Assembly: GCA_963778905.1 (NCBI GenBank)
Contig: CAVZWH010000024.1
Location: forward strand, 12,498-76,497
Length of the DNA stretch: 64,000 bases
Reading direction: 5' to 3'
From: Candidatus Staskawiczbacteria bacterium
Lineage (GTDB): Bacteria > Patescibacteriota > Minisyncoccia > Minisyncoccales > Staskawiczbacteraceae
The notes under the pieces: generated by a model
What the model was told of the DNA's origin: nothing
What the model saw: the letters and a program-made list of their open reading frames with translations, nothing else
Databases searched by the model: none
Program-made: the position numbers and the translations under genes
In this document: in pieces, positions 17,511 to 25,362 of the stretch
Position numbering within the stretch: position 1 is the stretch's first letter
Layout: every line of letters begins with the position of its first letter

Positions 17511-19133
17511 ATGGCAGAATTACAATTAATAGATTATATACAAAAAGCAAGACTGGCTGGCCAGGCAGATGAGCAAAGCAGAGCTTTGCTTTATCAAAAT
17601 GGCTGGACAGATGCAGAAGTTAATGATGCTTTTACTACAATAGACCAGCCGCAGCCACAGGTTATGAGCCAGCCAAAAGTTGACGATCAACCGCAAGTTG
17701 TGAATCAGCTACAACCACAGGCTCAATATCAACCTCAAACAACACCAAACCAAATGCCCAAAGAAAAAAAAGGAATGCCATTGATACTGAAAATTTTTAT
17801 ATTTTTAATTATTTTAGTTGTTTTAGCTGGCGCAGGATTATTTGTTGCCGGTCAATATTTTAATGTAAATATTCCATGGAATCCTTTTGCTCTTAGCCCG
17901 CAAGCTGTTGTCAAAAACATGATGGCAAATATGAAAAATATTAAAGCTTATCACACCTCCATTCAGGTAAGCATCAGCGCCGCGAGCAGCGCCAACGCAA
18001 ATCAAACCCTTGGCAGTTTTTCTCTTGACACCGAAGGCGGCACCGACATTACAGATGCAAAAAATCCAAAAGCAGATTATACTATTTCAGTTAATCTTGG
18101 ATTGCCAGCTGCTGTGACTTCGCCAATTTTAGCTAATATGGATGTAATCGGCGTAAATAATGTTTTATATTTGAGACTCAACAGCCTTCAAATGCCAACC
18201 GAATACACAAATGGAATAAACACAGCTCAAATTTTGGGAAATTGGCTGGAAGCTGATCAAGACTCCATGAAAGCGCTTACAGCCGCAGAGTCCAGCCAAA
18301 TCGGCCAAGTAACTTTACCACCAAGCAGCGCCAGTCAAAAAATGGCTCAAGAAATTCAGAATTTGATATCATCGGAAAATTTGGTTTCTGTTGACAAGCA
18401 ATTAAGCGACCAAGTTATAAATGGTCAGGACACATATCATTATTCTATAACTATAAGCAGCGCAAAATTAAAAGATTTGGCGACCAAAATTATGAATTTG
18501 ACAACGCAAGAAGCGGCCAGCACGCAGAATAGCGGAACCTCTGCTGGCAGTTCTTTGGTTGACGGCATGGCAGGAGGCGTTGCAAATTCTTTTATAGATG
18601 CAGTTGGCGACATAAATGCAGAAATATGGATTGGCAAAAAAGATTATTTGCTTTATCAGGTTAAATTTGACAAGACGATTGATTTAAATAAACTTTTCCC
18701 GGGAGCTAACACTCAATTAGCGATAAAGGTTGATGATAATAATTCTAATTTTAATAAACCAATAACAGTCCAAGAGCCGGCAAGCTCGCAAAAAATAGAA
18801 GACTTTGTTTTACCGCTGATAAAAGTTCAGCAGATACAGTCAGATATGTCTCAAGTAGGATCTACAGCTCAAATGCTTTTTACCGCAGATCAAAGTTATT
18901 TTTCGTTATGCACGAAAGGATTGCTAAACGGCTATGATACAAAATTTGGGACTCAACTCGTAAGCAGCGCTAAAGACTTGATGAATCAAGGGGCAAAAAA
19001 TCCATTATGTTTTGCGGGTGTTAATGATTTTTGCGTATCAACTCAGCTGGCAGATGGAAGCTGGATATGCGTAGATAAAATTGGAAACACTGGAAAAACA
19101 AAATGTATTTCATTCAAAACCGTCTGCCAATAA
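17511..19133 (+). CDS. hypothetical membrane-anchored protein (Gln/Pro-rich linker, single TM, large extracytoplasmic domain ending in 6-Cys motif)
   Basis: TM at ~aa 92-115; C-terminal CFAGVNDFCVSTQLADGSWICVDKIGNTGKTKCISFKTVC. Confidence 0.45.
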   Translation: MAELQLIDYIQKARLAGQADEQSRALLYQNGWTDAEVNDAFTTIDQPQPQVMSQPKVDDQPQVVNQLQPQAQYQPQTTPNQMPKEKKGMPLILKIFIFLIILVVLAGAGLFVAGQYFNVNIPWNPFALSPQAVVKNMMANMKNIKAYHTSIQVSISAASSANANQTLGSFSLDTEGGTDITDAKNPKADYTISVNLGLPAAVTSPILANMDVIGVNNVLYLRLNSLQMPTEYTNGINTAQILGNWLEADQDSMKALTAAESSQIGQVTLPPSSASQKMAQEIQNLISSENLVSVDKQLSDQVINGQDTYHYSITISSAKLKDLATKIMNLTTQEAASTQNSGTSAGSSLVDGMAGGVANSFIDAVGDINAEIWIGKKDYLLYQVKFDKTIDLNKLFPGANTQLAIKVDDNNSNFNKPITVQEPASSQKIEDFVLPLIKVQQIQSDMSQVGSTAQMLFTADQSYFSLCTKGLLNGYDTKFGTQLVSSAKDLMNQGAKNPLCFAGVNDFCVSTQLADGSWICVDKIGNTGKTKCISFKTVCQ

Positions 19134-20107
19134 GTAAAAAAATAATTATCGCAGTTTTGTTTTTAATAGCTGCTGTTTTAACAGCAGCTATTTGTTATTT
19201 ATTTTTACATAAATTAAATCCAAAAATTGTAAATAAAAAACCTGCGGTTAACGTGTGCTATGCTGTTCCTGAAAAAAATTATGTTCAACTATTGTTTGTT
19301 GGAGATATAATGTTTGATAGAGGAATAAGATATTATGCCCAAAAAAACAACGGAAACGATTTTATCTTTGATAAAATTTCGCAGACGCTTGCAGAAAATG
19401 ATTTAGTTGTTGCAAATCTTGAAGGCCCGATTACGGATAATAAATCAATTAGCGCCGATACAGCTCCCGGAAGCACAGATAATTATTTTTTCACTTTTGA
19501 TCCTGGCGTTGCCAAAACTCTTTTTGAAAAAAATATCAGATTGGTTAATTTGGGAAACAACCATATACTAAATTTTGGAAGCGCCGGATTAAAATCAACG
19601 CAAAAATATTTAGACCAGGCAGATGTTGATTATTTTGGAGCTCCCGGTGGCTTAAGAAGCATAATAAAAAATATTGCTGGATTGAAAATAGCTTTTGTAA
19701 GTTATAATCAGTTTAACGGAGACCGGGCATCAGATGTTGTAAATGAAATTAAAAAAGTAAAATCAGAGGCAGATTTGGCGGTTGTTTTTAGCCATTGGGG
19801 AGTTGAATATAGTTTGGCTCCCACCGATTTAATGAAAAGTTTGGCGCACCAATTTATTGATGCCGGTGCAGATTTGGTTATCGGTTCGCATCCGCACGTG
19901 ATTGAGCCAATGGAAATTTACAATGGAAAAAAAATTTATTATTCTTTGGGAAATTTCATTTTTGACCAATATTTTAACGAAGATGTCCGCAATGGTCTTG
20001 GCGTGGTAGTAAAAATCGATAAAGACACAAAACAGCTGGATTTTTCAGAAAAAAATTTTTATTTGCAAAATAACGGCCAAACAATTGAAAAAACTGCAGA
20101 AAAATGA
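19103..20107 (+). CDS. CapA/PgsA-family metallophosphatase-fold protein (poly-gamma-glutamate capsule synthesis-like)
   Basis: LLFVGDIMFDRGI, ANLEGPIT, NLGNNHILNFG, HWGVEY, GSHPHV motifs. Confidence 0.65.
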   Translation: MYFIQNRLPISKKIIIAVLFLIAAVLTAAICYLFLHKLNPKIVNKKPAVNVCYAVPEKNYVQLLFVGDIMFDRGIRYYAQKNNGNDFIFDKISQTLAENDLVVANLEGPITDNKSISADTAPGSTDNYFFTFDPGVAKTLFEKNIRLVNLGNNHILNFGSAGLKSTQKYLDQADVDYFGAPGGLRSIIKNIAGLKIAFVSYNQFNGDRASDVVNEIKKVKSEADLAVVFSHWGVEYSLAPTDLMKSLAHQFIDAGADLVIGSHPHVIEPMEIYNGKKIYYSLGNFIFDQYFNEDVRNGLGVVVKIDKDTKQLDFSEKNFYLQNNGQTIEKTAEK

Positions 20108-20130
20108 TATTATTCAAAAATCATAAACAT

Positions 20131-20201
20131 TCCGGGATCGTCTAATGGTAGGACACGGCCCTTTGGAGGCCGGTATCTTGGTTCGAATCCAAGTCCCGGA
20201 A
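20131..20201 (+). tRNA. tRNA-Gln (anticodon TTG)
   Basis: Cloverleaf: acceptor tccggga/tcccgga, D-arm UCGUCUAAUGGUAGGAC, anticodon stem cggcc/ggccg with loop cTTTGga, T-loop GGTTCGAATCC; CCA not encoded. Confidence 0.85.
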
Positions 20202-20210
20202 CAAATAAAA

Positions 20211-20852
20211 ATGCTGAAAGATTTAGTAAAAAGCTATAAAAAATATCTGGCGAACAAATATTTTGTTTGGTCATCAATTTTTGGTTTGCTTTTTTTAATC
20301 TTTAGTTTAGGCATTAATTTTTTGGCGGCGGCATACGCCACAGAAAAGGCGAGTAGCGCAGTAACAGATATAATTTTAAGCAATATACCAATTTACAATG
20401 TTGCCAACATTTTTGTATACGGGCTACTTGCTTTAATTGTTTTTATAGCTTTTATAACTTTAATCAGGCCTCAAAGAATTCCTTTTATAGCAAAAAGCAC
20501 GGCCACCTTTATTTTAATCCGTTCTATTTTTATAAGTTTGACCCATATCGGGCCATACCAAAATACAATTCCGATAAATGTTGATATTTTGAAAATATTT
20601 ACAACCGGCGGCGATTTATTTTTTTCCGGACACACTGGTTTGCCTTTTTTAATGGCATTGATTTTTTGGCAGAAAAAATTCCTTCGTTATTTATTTATTG
20701 CTCTTTCTGTTGCATTCGGAGCAGTAGCTTTGTTGGGGCACTATCACTATACAATAGATGTTTTATCGGCATTTTTTATAACATACGGCATTTACCATAT
20801 CTGCCTTAAATTTTTTAAGAAAGATTATCAAATTTTTTTGAACGGCACTTAA
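20211..20852 (+). CDS. PAP2-superfamily membrane phosphatase-like protein
   Basis: TLIRPQR (KxxxxxxRP-like), FFSGHTG (PSGH) and GHYHYTIDV (SRxxxxxHxxxD-like) motifs; start chosen downstream of tRNA (track ORF start 20145 overlaps the tRNA). Confidence 0.55.
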   Translation: MLKDLVKSYKKYLANKYFVWSSIFGLLFLIFSLGINFLAAAYATEKASSAVTDIILSNIPIYNVANIFVYGLLALIVFIAFITLIRPQRIPFIAKSTATFILIRSIFISLTHIGPYQNTIPINVDILKIFTTGGDLFFSGHTGLPFLMALIFWQKKFLRYLFIALSVAFGAVALLGHYHYTIDVLSAFFITYGIYHICLKFFKKDYQIFLNGT

Positions 20853-20868
20853 ACTTAAATTATTTTAT

Positions 20869-21456
20869 ATGATTACAATTTTAACTGACGAAAATTTTGA
20901 GGAACAAATAAAAAGCATTGAAAAATTAGTGCTTGTTGATTTTTTTGCAACGTGGTGCGAGCCGTGCTCTGTGCTCGCTCCGATTTTAGAAAAAATTGCA
21001 GAAGAGTTGAAAGAAAAAATTATTTTAATGAAGGCCAATCTTGACGATGTTCCAAAAGCTGCGGGAAAATTTGGAGTTGAAAAAATTCCGACAATAATTT
21101 TATTCAAAAACGGCCAGCCAATTTCAGGACTTGTTGGATTAGCCCCATATTCTTCAATTAAAGAATGGATAGAAAATGCGGAAAAAGAAAACGAACCGGA
21201 TATTAAAGAAATAATAAACAGATATGATAATTATGCAAAATCAAACGGATTTAGATTAAATCCTGACAAAAAAATAGTTGAAAGAGTTGTTAAGGGACTT
21301 TTAGCCAATGAAAAAAAATACGGGAAAAAATATTGTCCATGCAGAAGAATTTCTGGCAACGAAGAAAAAGATTCAGAAAAAATTTGCCCTTGCGCATTTC
21401 ACAAACAAGAAATTGAAAAAGACGGCCATTGTTTGTGCAATTTATATGTAAAATAG
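20869..21456 (+). CDS. thioredoxin domain fused to ferredoxin-thioredoxin-reductase catalytic-subunit-like Cys-rich domain
   Basis: N-terminal Trx fold with WCEPC active site; C-terminal YCPCRR...ICPCAFH...GHCLCNLY resembles FTR-beta CPC/CPC/CHC cluster. Confidence 0.6.
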   Translation: MITILTDENFEEQIKSIEKLVLVDFFATWCEPCSVLAPILEKIAEELKEKIILMKANLDDVPKAAGKFGVEKIPTIILFKNGQPISGLVGLAPYSSIKEWIENAEKENEPDIKEIINRYDNYAKSNGFRLNPDKKIVERVVKGLLANEKKYGKKYCPCRRISGNEEKDSEKICPCAFHKQEIEKDGHCLCNLYVK

Positions 21457-21489
21457 AACAAAATAGACAAATATATCGTATAAATTACA

Positions 21490-23433
21490 ATGGATGGCGA
21501 AATCGCAAACGCTAAAAAACAAAGCGACAGGACAATAAGCTATATAGAGGCCATTTTTTTGCCGCTGATACTGGCGGTCTTGTTTACAATACAAAATCAG
21601 GCATTTAACGGGTGGCTGGGTCTTTATTCAAAAGCATATTCTGTAAGGTTGTCTTTGGTGACTTTTGCGTTGGGAATTATTTTGTACGGTCCTTCTTTGC
21701 TTTTCAAAAAAAGATATAAATATATATATCTTTTTTTGATTTCATTTTTAGTTTTTTTTATTTTTTCTGCCCAATTTTTATATTACAGATATTCGCAAAG
21801 TTTTTTGCAATTTTCAGCAATAAAATATTTAGGCCAGGCAGACAGCGTGGAGGGCACTGTAAAAACTTTGCTTACGCCGGAGTTGCTGCTGTTTTTTAGC
21901 AATGTAATTATAGTTTTAATCGCGCTGATTTTAACATCCAGAAAAAAATATATAGAATTTGTTTTGCCAAAATGGGAAAAAATAATTATTATTTTAGCGA
22001 TGATAATTATGGTGGTTATTGGATATAAATATCTTTTGGACACAGAAAAAAAAGAGTGGGGAAGCACCAGCCGGCTTTATACAGACGTTTATGACTTAAA
22101 AACGCTGGTGGGCAAAATGGGAATTATGAATTTTTTTCTTGAAGATACGTTTAAGTATGTTTTAAGAAGTAATTTAATTTCAGCAGCCGATAAAAATTTT
22201 TTACAAACTTTTGCAAAAAACAGGACAACGCCAGAAACCGGCCAAAAATATTTTGCTTCAGAAAAAGGAAAAAATGTCATAATTATACAGGTGGAATCTT
22301 TGGAAAACGCTGTTATAAATAAAACAATTAATGGTCAGGAAATTACTCCAAACTTAAATCAGTTGGCAAAAAATGGCTTGTATTTTGACAATTATTACAC
22401 TCAAATTGGCCCGGGCAATACTGCTGACGCCGAATTTTCCACAATGGATTCTTTATATCCTTTGCCAGACGACGTGGTTTTTATTGATTATGCAAAAAAT
22501 CAGTACAATGCCTTGCCGCAGCTTCTTGTAAATAGTGGCTATGAAACTTATTCTATGCACGGAGATGTGCCGACATTTTGGAACCGGTCAAATATTTATC
22601 CTAGTTTGGGATACCAAAAAGCTTATGACTTAGACGATTATGTTGTGACAAGGCCGGTTGGCAAGGGTCCGTCTGATTTGGGAGATGAAGATTTATTTTC
22701 GCAGTCTTTGCCAAGATTAAAAAATTTTAAGCAGCCGTTTATGGCAACTTTAATCACAATGAGTTCGCACACCCCGTTTATTTTGCCAGATGATTTGCAG
22801 ACCTTGCAAATTCCGTCTGACACAACTTTGAATTACCAACAGCAGCAATATTTAGAAAGTGTGCACTATACTGACAAAGCAATCGGCGAATTTATAGACG
22901 GATTAAAAAAAGACGGCTTATATAACAATTCTTTAATTTTTATCTGGGGCGACCACGGAAGTTTTACAAATATTTCTTCGGCTTTGGGCCAAGATAAAAA
23001 TACTTTGCCGGAATTAGCTAACAGCCAGGTGCCGATGATTATTTTGGGAACAAATTTAACCGGAACCATAAATACTCCTGGCAGCCATTTGGATATTTAT
23101 CCTACTATTACAAATCTTTTGGGAATTACAGCTCCCAAAACTATTTTAGGCCAAGATTTATTAAACACAAAAGGACCCGCAAGCGGGTACCCCGTTGAAA
23201 CGCATTTTGAACTTGTTTCCGGCGGCATAGATGCTATTCTAACTGCTAATTTGGCGTATCGGGCAAGTGAGGACGGCTTGTTCAAAGACGGTTCTTGCGA
23301 ATCCTGGCCAGACCAAAAATCTCTGCCAATTACTAATTGTCAAAATTTATATAACCAGCAGGCAGAAAACATAAAAGCTTCTAATATTATTATAAGAGGC
23401 AATTTGCTTTATGTACTTGACAAACAAAGATAA
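21490..23433 (+). CDS. LTA-synthase/sulfatase-family membrane protein (LtaS-like phosphoglycerol transferase)
   Basis: 5 N-terminal TM helices + extracellular alkaline-phosphatase-like domain (QVESLENA..., YYTQIGPGNTADAEFSTMDSLYP, HGDV, IWGDHG). Confidence 0.7.
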   Translation: MDGEIANAKKQSDRTISYIEAIFLPLILAVLFTIQNQAFNGWLGLYSKAYSVRLSLVTFALGIILYGPSLLFKKRYKYIYLFLISFLVFFIFSAQFLYYRYSQSFLQFSAIKYLGQADSVEGTVKTLLTPELLLFFSNVIIVLIALILTSRKKYIEFVLPKWEKIIIILAMIIMVVIGYKYLLDTEKKEWGSTSRLYTDVYDLKTLVGKMGIMNFFLEDTFKYVLRSNLISAADKNFLQTFAKNRTTPETGQKYFASEKGKNVIIIQVESLENAVINKTINGQEITPNLNQLAKNGLYFDNYYTQIGPGNTADAEFSTMDSLYPLPDDVVFIDYAKNQYNALPQLLVNSGYETYSMHGDVPTFWNRSNIYPSLGYQKAYDLDDYVVTRPVGKGPSDLGDEDLFSQSLPRLKNFKQPFMATLITMSSHTPFILPDDLQTLQIPSDTTLNYQQQQYLESVHYTDKAIGEFIDGLKKDGLYNNSLIFIWGDHGSFTNISSALGQDKNTLPELANSQVPMIILGTNLTGTINTPGSHLDIYPTITNLLGITAPKTILGQDLLNTKGPASGYPVETHFELVSGGIDAILTANLAYRASEDGLFKDGSCESWPDQKSLPITNCQNLYNQQAENIKASNIIIRGNLLYVLDKQR

Positions 23434-23465
23434 AGGGATAAATTGAAAGTGTAATCAAAAAAAAT

Positions 23466-25037
23466 ATGAAAAACACAATTTTCAAACAAATATTTCTTTT
23501 AACTATTTGTTTTTTGCTTCTTTCCGTTGGCACAGCTGTATTTGCTCAAACCGTATCGCAAATTCAGACAAATTCAGCAACAAACATATCCAGCTACCAA
23601 GCAACCTTAAACGGATATTCATCCGGAAGTTCTTATAATACATATGTTTATTTTCAGTGGGGAACAACAAATGGCTATGGCAGCCAAACAAATCAACAAA
23701 ATATAAACTCTGCCGGCTCGTTTATCCAAGTTATCGCAGGTTTATCCGCCAACACCACTTACCATTTTAGAGCAGTTGCGCAAAACAATTACGGAACAGT
23801 TTATGGAAATGACATGACTTTTTACACAAGCGGAACCGGCACAAACACAATAACAGCCAACGCCGGACCAGATTTGTATTTGGGTTCTGGGCAAGCGGCA
23901 ACTTTGCAGGGTTCGGGATACGATCCAAACGGATATTCAATAAATTATTATTGGACATGCAATGGCGGAACTTTATCAAATTACAATATTGCTCAGCCAA
24001 CTTACACAGCTCCCTACGCAATCAATGGCAGCAGCCAAACAACTTATACTTGCACGCTTACAGCTACAAATAGTTATGGAAGTTCAAATTCAGACAGCAT
24101 GATAGTTTATGTAAATTATAATAACAACAATAACAACGGATCTTTTTATGCGCAGACAAATTCAGCAACAAATGTTCAAAATAATCAAGCAACCTTAAAC
24201 GGATATGAAGCCGGCGGCGCAACTTACAATAATTATGTTTGGTTTCAATACGGAACTGACACAAATTATGGAAACAATACAAACCAGCAGACGTTAAATT
24301 ATTCCGGCTCGTTTACCCAAAACATTGCAAACCTTTCTTACAACACCACTTACCATTTTAGAGCAGTTGCAGAAAGCAGTGGTCAAACAGTTTATGGCCA
24401 GGATATGACTTTCAACAGCAACGGCTCAAATAATAATTATTATGGCAATGGATCTTTATCAATTACAAAGCAAGTTATAAATCTTTCTTCTGGAAACTTA
24501 GCTTGGCAGTCATCAGTAAACGCAAAACCTGGCGACGTATTAAGTTTTGCCATAACTTTGCAGGCAACTGGCGGCCAGGAAATTGACAATGTTTTTGTGC
24601 GCGACAATCTGCCCGCAGACCTAATTTACAAAGGAAATATGACCGTAAATGCTTCGCAAAATTATTCGGGAAACCCTGCGTCGGGAATTAACATCGGCAC
24701 AATTCCAGCTGGCGGAATAGAAGTTATTGCTTATCAGGCGCAAGTGGCTCCGGCAGCAAATTTCATTTATGGAACAACAACATTAAGCAACAATGCAACC
24801 ATTACCAGCACAGAAGCGGGAACGCAAACCGCCAGCGCATCAGTTTTTGTGAATAATTCGTTGGTTTACGGAGCAGCAACATCTGTTTCAACCGGCTTAA
24901 CCAACAACCCAATAACAGATTCATTTTTCTTGCCAATGATTTTAATTATTTTTGGCTCTTGGTTTTATTTTTCAGGAAACGTTTACAAATTTTCCGACTG
25001 GCTTGGGTCACGGTTAGGAATTGGAATAAAGTTTTAG
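23466..25037 (+). CDS. surface protein with two FN3-like domains and DUF11-like domain; C-terminal tail homologous to that of the giant protein at 7788-11087
   Basis: Signal peptide; two TNSATN...ATLNGY...TYHFRAVA repeats; DUF11-like ITKQVINLSSG...DNLPADLIY; C-terminus VYGAATSVSTGLTNNPITDSFFLPMILIIFGSWFYF. Confidence 0.7.
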   Translation: MKNTIFKQIFLLTICFLLLSVGTAVFAQTVSQIQTNSATNISSYQATLNGYSSGSSYNTYVYFQWGTTNGYGSQTNQQNINSAGSFIQVIAGLSANTTYHFRAVAQNNYGTVYGNDMTFYTSGTGTNTITANAGPDLYLGSGQAATLQGSGYDPNGYSINYYWTCNGGTLSNYNIAQPTYTAPYAINGSSQTTYTCTLTATNSYGSSNSDSMIVYVNYNNNNNNGSFYAQTNSATNVQNNQATLNGYEAGGATYNNYVWFQYGTDTNYGNNTNQQTLNYSGSFTQNIANLSYNTTYHFRAVAESSGQTVYGQDMTFNSNGSNNNYYGNGSLSITKQVINLSSGNLAWQSSVNAKPGDVLSFAITLQATGGQEIDNVFVRDNLPADLIYKGNMTVNASQNYSGNPASGINIGTIPAGGIEVIAYQAQVAPAANFIYGTTTLSNNATITSTEAGTQTASASVFVNNSLVYGAATSVSTGLTNNPITDSFFLPMILIIFGSWFYFSGNVYKFSDWLGSRLGIGIKF

Positions 25038-25238
25038 AAAGAAAAAAACGAGATGATTTCAAGGCGCAGCAAGGAGGTTGTATCCTCTGGATACGCCGAC
25101 GAAGCTGCAACGAAGAAATCGCTCGTTTTTTTCTTTCCCTTCGGGCGGGCGAATTAAGGCAATCTTCTTCGTTGCTTCGGAGCTCGCGTACCACAGAGGG
25201 TACAACTCGCTCCTCGCGCCTCGAAGATTGCCTTAATT
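25037..25238. ncRNA. candidate structured RNA / paired inverted-repeat element (two perfect 16-bp inverted repeats with GC-rich spacers)
   Basis: IR1 gaaagaaaaaaacgag (25037-25052) / ctcgtttttttctttc (25122-25137); IR2 aattaaggcaatcttc (25152-25167) / gaagattgccttaatt (25223-25238); inner hairpins gtacc-acagag-ggtac, cc-ttcg-gg; GC content far above genome background. Confidence 0.3.
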
Positions 25239-25304
25239 CGCTTCCGCTAAAATTATTCCAATTCCTAACCGTGACCCTGAAAATACATTTAATCAATAAA
25301 ACAA

Positions 25305-25335
25305 AAAAGAGTTATTAAATAACTCTTTTTTGTTT
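25305..25335. terminator. bidirectional rho-independent terminator
   Basis: aagagtta-ttaaa-taactctt hairpin with A-run before and TTTTTTGTTT after. Confidence 0.7.
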
Positions 25336-25362
25336 CTAAAAAATTTGATAATATAGATAAAT

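Noticed and set aside
20145-20210. Track ORF start at 20145 for the PAP2-like gene
   Set aside because: That start lies inside tRNA-Gln (20131-20201). The downstream ATG at 20211 (MLKDLVKSYKK) is used instead.
24946-25318. ORFs 24946-25296 (minus) and 24959-25318 (plus) spanning the GC-rich intergenic element
   Set aside because: GC-rich, stop-poor DNA yields long ORFs on both strands by chance. There is no RBS, they overlap the perfect inverted repeats, and the translations are Arg/Ser/Leu-rich nonsense.
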